From Candidatus Zhuqueibacterota bacterium (GTDB taxonomy: Bacteria > Zhuqueibacterota > Zhuqueibacteria > Thermofontimicrobiales > Thiofontviventaceae): DNA of 64,000 bases. Each line of letters begins with the position of its first letter. Position 1 is the stretch's first letter. The DNA is taken from assembly GCA_036351795.1 (NCBI GenBank), contig JAZBPW010000125.1, forward strand, positions 27,171 to 91,170. Direction: 5' to 3'. Of this stretch, positions 59,737-64,000 are shown piece after piece. Under the pieces are notes generated by a model that saw only the letters and a program-made list of their open reading frames with translations, was not told where the DNA came from and made no database searches. The position numbers were made by a program, and so were the translations under genes.

Positions 59737-60476
59737 CAACATTCGAAAAGATGCTCAGGATTAAAGAAGAGATGGGTGCTGGGTACATCGTTCTCATCGA
59801 TCCAGATAAACAATCGATTGAGGACAGCGTAAAGATCGCAAAAAGAGCGGAGGAGGAGGGGGCGGATTTAATATTTATTGGTGGAAGCCTTATCTTTTTC
59901 TCGGTTTTCGATGAACTCGTGAGGAATGTCAAGGAGAGCGTCGACATCCCGGTAATCATCTTTCCCGGAGGAACGAACCAGATATCAGGACATGCGGATG
60001 CGATCCTGTTTATGTCAATCATCAGTGGTCGCAATCCTGATGCCCTGATCGGTCAACAGGTCCTGGGCGCACCGGTTATTAAATTATTGAACCTGGAAGC
60101 AATCTCGATGGGTTATATGATCATCGAGTCAGGAAAAATGACGTCTACAGAGTTCATGAGCAATACGAAACCGATTCCACGTGATAAGGGAGATATTGCG
60201 GTCGCACATGGTTTGGCCGCAGAGTATCTGGGTATGAAAATTCTCTACCTTGAGGCCGGAAGTGGGGCAGAGCATCCGGTACCGGATGAGATGATAAAGA
60301 AAATGTCACAGATTGTCTCTCTGCCGCTGATCGTCGGCGGTGGTATCCGGACCCCGGAAATCGCACGACAAAAAGTAGAGGCAGGAGCATCATTCATTGT
60401 TACCGGCAATGTACTGGAAAAGGCTTCAAAAAAAGGCGTCATAAATGAATTTGCCTCCATGATACATAATAGATAA
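59733..60476 (+). CDS. Geranylgeranylglyceryl/heptaprenylglyceryl phosphate synthase (PcrB/GGGPS family, group II-like)
   Basis: LIDPDK, IFIGGS, IFPG, SGRNP..LIG, YLEAGSGA, VGGGIR, VTGN. ATGA overlap with alaS. Confidence 0.88.
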   Translation: MTTFEKMLRIKEEMGAGYIVLIDPDKQSIEDSVKIAKRAEEEGADLIFIGGSLIFFSVFDELVRNVKESVDIPVIIFPGGTNQISGHADAILFMSIISGRNPDALIGQQVLGAPVIKLLNLEAISMGYMIIESGKMTSTEFMSNTKPIPRDKGDIAVAHGLAAEYLGMKILYLEAGSGAEHPVPDEMIKKMSQIVSLPLIVGGGIRTPEIARQKVEAGASFIVTGNVLEKASKKGVINEFASMIHNR

Positions 60477-60494
60477 AGGGATACAGAAGATAAG

Positions 60495-61295
60495 ATGATA
60501 GATATACATTCACATATAATACCATATGTCGATGATGGCGCGCAAAGTTGGGATGAGGCGATCGAACTATTGCGGCAGGGTGAGCAAGCCGGAGTGGAGG
60601 CTGTGGTTGCTACGCCGCACATTCTGGCAGAGAGTGACTATGAAAAAGTCGAGTCTGATATAATCTCCAAGTTCGGAAAACTGAGAGATAAAGCGAGAGC
60701 TGCCGGAATTAAGATGGAGATGTATCTGGGTTGTGAAATATATATACAACCGGATATGACGCTTACTCATAAAATATCTACGTTCAATAATAACGAATTG
60801 TACTTTCTGGTTGAGTTTCCGATGAGCAGTATTCCCAAATTTGCTGCGGAGAAATTTTTCACTTACATCGTTGAAGGGAAACTCCCAATCATCGCGCATC
60901 CAGAGAGAAATGCCGGTTTCATCGAACGCCGTCATCTGGCATATGAATTTGTCCAACGGGGTGCCCTGATGCAGGTCAATGCATCAAGCCTGTTGGGAAG
61001 ACACGGGAATGAAGTTAGGGAGACTGCACTGAATTTAGTAGAACACAATTTAGTACATTTCGTAGCAAGCGATTGTCATGGATTGAATCATCGAACCATG
61101 AAATCACTTGCAACAGCATATGAACTCGTTTGTGATCAGTTTGGAGTCGATACAGCTAATAGATTATTTAAAATAAATCCATTAAAAGTAATACAGGGGG
61201 AAAAAATAGATACAGCAGAGCCAGTTCCGATGCGCACTCAAACAAATAATTCTTTCTGGCAGAAAATGGGAGATTTAATCAGATCCCATTCTTAA
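60495..61295 (+). CDS. CpsB/CapC (YwqE)-family PHP protein-tyrosine phosphatase
   Basis: MIDIHSHIIPYVDDGA, VATPH, GCEIY, IIAHPERN, ASDCHG. Confidence 0.88.
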   Translation: MIDIHSHIIPYVDDGAQSWDEAIELLRQGEQAGVEAVVATPHILAESDYEKVESDIISKFGKLRDKARAAGIKMEMYLGCEIYIQPDMTLTHKISTFNNNELYFLVEFPMSSIPKFAAEKFFTYIVEGKLPIIAHPERNAGFIERRHLAYEFVQRGALMQVNASSLLGRHGNEVRETALNLVEHNLVHFVASDCHGLNHRTMKSLATAYELVCDQFGVDTANRLFKINPLKVIQGEKIDTAEPVPMRTQTNNSFWQKMGDLIRSHS

Positions 61296-61401
61296 AACGG
61301 TGGTGGTGTGCGGTGTGGCGGATGAGGTAGTTTTAAGAATTTAGTACCTCCAGGCTCTTATTAGTTACTATTCAAAATTCATCTTACTAGGGATGCAAGC
61401 T

Positions 61402-64000
61402 ATGAATGTAGAAAAGAGTGCTAAACGAGCCCTGTACGTGATTTTTGCAACGCTGTTAATTTTATCGGTTTCTGCACAAGCCCAAACACCGGATAATTTC
61501 GATTTGATGATCGTATTACCCGAAACAACCGGTGTACAGGCAATTCAGAACGGATGGGACGGTGCAGTGCGTGCAGAAGTCATTGATACAACTCTACAGG
61601 TTGCCGGTTATTATCACTTTTTCCCAAAAGTGCTATATAACAGCGGGAACGAACAGACAAATGAATCCTTCTACCTGCTCGCTTATTCAGCTGACGGGGA
61701 TTCCATCTATCCTGAAGATGCAAATGCGGGCAAATTTAAGGTTGTAGAGGATGATTCCCTTCCCAATCGCCACACAAATGTCCGTGATGCCGGCATTTTT
61801 CTGTTACCTCTCGGCCGAAACAGACTTCAATTGAATCACTACGACCTCATCGATCATATTTATCCACAGTTCTTAAATGGTCCGATGACAGGTACGCAGA
61901 GTGTTAAATTTCCGGATATGATTGGAGTATTCATAGACACTGTCATTGATGGCACAATTGAAATCGAAGCGGACGCTCCAAGAACAGAGGAAATCAATGG
62001 TGAAGTCCGGGAAGTGCTTTACCTGAATGAGACGGTGGTATATCGTTTTACTGTGAGAAATATTTTCGGAAATGTCGTAACAGGTGCAACACTAACCAAT
62101 TTCTTCCCCCCCAGCCTGGAACCATACGAATTTTCTCTGGCGCCGATTCACCATGACGCTGACTCTACTGTATGGGAATTGCCTGATATAGAGTATCTGA
62201 ATAGTTACGATATTACTGTCAAGGCCAGGTTGAAAGAGGCTGTTCCCAATACATATATCCCGCTCGCAGATAGTGCCGTTTTGCGCGCGCCCAAGGATTA
62301 TGTGCTGGAGAACAATGTCGCCAATAATATTATTTACTCCTATTCAGAAACAAAACTGGAAAATATAGTCAAGTCAGATCTTTTTCTGGATTCAAATGGT
62401 GATAATCTGTTGACCCCGGGTGATCGGATTGATTACACGATTACTTTTATCAACAACGGGGATGCGGTCGCAGGGGCTGTGACTTTTACGGATTCAATCC
62501 CTCAAAATACAGAATATGTGCCAGGCTCTGCAACCACATCCAGGGGAACGATCACCGCGACATCCCCGGTATTAGTGATTCAGATCGGTGATATGGCACC
62601 AGGTGATGATGTGACGATCGGTTTTCAGGTTGAACTAACAGCTGCTGTGGATAGCGTTTCGAATCAGGGATATGTTGAAGAGGCCGGCTTGACTCCCGTT
62701 CCCACAGACGACCCAAAGACGATTGAAGAAAAGGATCCAACGATCACAAAGGCCAATCCGGCTTTTAATGGGAGCGCAGATGTCACTCTGAAAGATCGGC
62801 TGCAGGATGTGAACGATGATGGTGCTCTTTCAAACGGGGATATCATTTCGTATACAGTGAAAATAGAAAACTCTGGGGGTGAGGATGCAACCAATGTGAC
62901 ATACCTGAATCCCATACCGGAGAACACAGCCTACGTAGCTGGATCGGTAACGACCAGCAAAGGAACGATTTTCTCGGTTTCTCCTTCACTTCAGATAAAT
63001 ATTGGCTCCATTGCTGGCCGAAACCGGGAGACAGTCACAGTTACATATAATGTTCGTGTCACAGCCGATGTCGATAGCATTGTTAATCAAGGCGAAGTGA
63101 CCAACGATGAGACTTCTGCTGAACCGACAGACGATCCGGATACACCAGCGGATAACGACCCGACGGTCACAACGGATCCTCCAAGATTCAGTGTATCTGA
63201 TGACATCATCAAATCTGATTCAATCCAGGACGTCGATGGAAACTTCCGCATTTCTCAGGGAGATATAATCACCTATGAAATACAGCTGAAAAATTCCGGT
63301 CAAGGTGTTGCGCATCAGGTTGTTTTTGAAGATACGATTCCACAATACACCGAACTGTTCGGCAGTGTCGATGTTTCAAAAGGCCTGGTCATCAATACCT
63401 CTCCGGTGATTCAGATCGAGATCGGAGACATGAACCCGCAGGAAACAGTGACGATTCAGTTTTCGGTCATTGTCACCGCCGTGATCGCAGAGAGGGTCAT
63501 GATTCGGCTGGAAGCTGAAGCGGACAGCATAGTGAATCAGGGAACATTGCGATGTCTCGAAATTGATCCGGAACCGACAGATGATCCGGATACACCGGAA
63601 GATGACGATCCCACTGTCAGCAGACTTTTTCTGCCGCCGAATTTCAGCGGGCAGGGTGATGTATTCCTGACAGATATATTTGAGAATACCAATCGCGATG
63701 ATAAAATTTCCATTGGGGAAACCATTAGTTATGAGGTCACAATTCAGAATTCCGGCGAGGAGACGGCAAACAACGTGGTCTACACCAATCCTGTCCCGGA
63801 AAATACGGCCTACAGGGCAGGATCACTCGTTACAAGTAAAGGAACGATTGTAAGCACGTCGCCTGGGCTGCAGGTGGATATTGGGACACTGGCCCCCAAT
63901 GAGTCTGAAGTTGTCACGATATCCTATGTTGTGGAAGCCATTGCCGATGTGGACAGTGTGGTGAATCAGGGACTCCTGACCAGTGCTGAGACGCCGGACG
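61402..64000 (+). CDS. Large secreted DUF11 (conserved repeat domain) surface protein, truncated by the window edge
   Basis: Not in the ORF track (no stop in the window). Manual translation from ATG 61402: signal peptide MNVEKSAKRALYVIFATLLILSVSAQAQ, then repeats G(D/E).I.Y.(I/V)...N.G...A..V...(D/N).IP..T.Y..GS. Confidence 0.85.
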   Translation, partial: MNVEKSAKRALYVIFATLLILSVSAQAQTPDNFDLMIVLPETTGVQAIQNGWDGAVRAEVIDTTLQVAGYYHFFPKVLYNSGNEQTNESFYLLAYSADGDSIYPEDANAGKFKVVEDDSLPNRHTNVRDAGIFLLPLGRNRLQLNHYDLIDHIYPQFLNGPMTGTQSVKFPDMIGVFIDTVIDGTIEIEADAPRTEEINGEVREVLYLNETVVYRFTVRNIFGNVVTGATLTNFFPPSLEPYEFSLAPIHHDADSTVWELPDIEYLNSYDITVKARLKEAVPNTYIPLADSAVLRAPKDYVLENNVANNIIYSYSETKLENIVKSDLFLDSNGDNLLTPGDRIDYTITFINNGDAVAGAVTFTDSIPQNTEYVPGSATTSRGTITATSPVLVIQIGDMAPGDDVTIGFQVELTAAVDSVSNQGYVEEAGLTPVPTDDPKTIEEKDPTITKANPAFNGSADVTLKDRLQDVNDDGALSNGDIISYTVKIENSGGEDATNVTYLNPIPENTAYVAGSVTTSKGTIFSVSPSLQINIGSIAGRNRETVTVTYNVRVTADVDSIVNQGEVTNDETSAEPTDDPDTPADNDPTVTTDPPRFSVSDDIIKSDSIQDVDGNFRISQGDIITYEIQLKNSGQGVAHQVVFEDTIPQYTELFGSVDVSKGLVINTSPVIQIEIGDMNPQETVTIQFSVIVTAVIAERVMIRLEAEADSIVNQGTLRCLEIDPEPTDDPDTPEDDDPTVSRLFLPPNFSGQGDVFLTDIFENTNRDDKISIGETISYEVTIQNSGEETANNVVYTNPVPENTAYRAGSLVTSKGTIVSTSPGLQVDIGTLAPNESEVVTISYVVEAIADVDSVVNQGLLTSAETPD
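62371..64000 (+). repeat. Tandem ~140-aa DUF11-like repeats
   Basis: Units start near 62371, 62791, 63211 and 63670 (periods 420, 420, 459 nt); linkers PTDDP(D/K)T. Confidence 0.8.

Noticed and set aside
61299-61321. G-rich GGTGGTGGTGTGCGGTGTGGCGG stretch (G-quadruplex or Chi-like)
   Set aside because: Only two-G tracts, a single occurrence, and not the GCTGGTGG Chi sequence; no support for function.
61416-61424. Perfect CIRCE right arm GAGTGCTAA (also GAGTGCTAT at 45987-45995)
   Set aside because: No matching left arm at the required 9-nt spacing; the first lies inside a signal-peptide coding region.

Overview
Bacterial chromosomal replication-origin region. The gene content (T9SS-like CTD cargo, PorV/PorQ-type barrel, group II GGGP synthase, hrcA-grpE-dnaJ) suggests an uncultured diderm FCB-group lineage such as KSB1 or Calditrichota; this is inference only. 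The left end carries yidC(partial)-yidD-rnpA-rpmH on the minus strand, divergent from dnaA. DnaA-box clusters lie on both sides of dnaA, followed by dnaN-recF-DUF721-gyrB-gyrA. Almost every gene after the origin is on the + strand: bioY/sugar kinase/ftsEX, hrcA-grpE-dnaJ running into comEA-pilin-like-pilM-pilN/O, rsmD-coaD, obgE-dprA, gltX, 9 tRNAs, tadA, a large Alu-type SRP RNA, dnaX-ebfC-recR, pgsA-pgpA-cinA-thpR-recA-recX, alaS-GGGPS-PHP phosphatase, and a DUF11-repeat surface protein truncated at the right edge. The best novelty candidate is a ~15 kb accessory operon (27.7-42.5 kb). It encodes (1) a small secreted Ig-like protein that copies the N-terminal domain of (2) a 2504-aa Ig-chain protein with a T9SS-like CTD, (3) a PorV-like barrel fused to TPRs, (4) a membrane protein fusing an RsbW-type kinase, sensor, HAMP, PP2C phosphatase, transposase-like HTH, acidic tract and TPR, and (5) a STAS protein carrying a homologous HTH. 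No sigma factor is present. Other notable signals: an A10 run followed by an immediate -1 frame stop in dnaX (candidate gamma/tau recoding), a tadA stop codon overlapping G1 of a tRNA, and a degenerate PncC domain in cinA. No intact mobile element, prophage or CRISPR array was seen. All calls are by eye; no searches were run.
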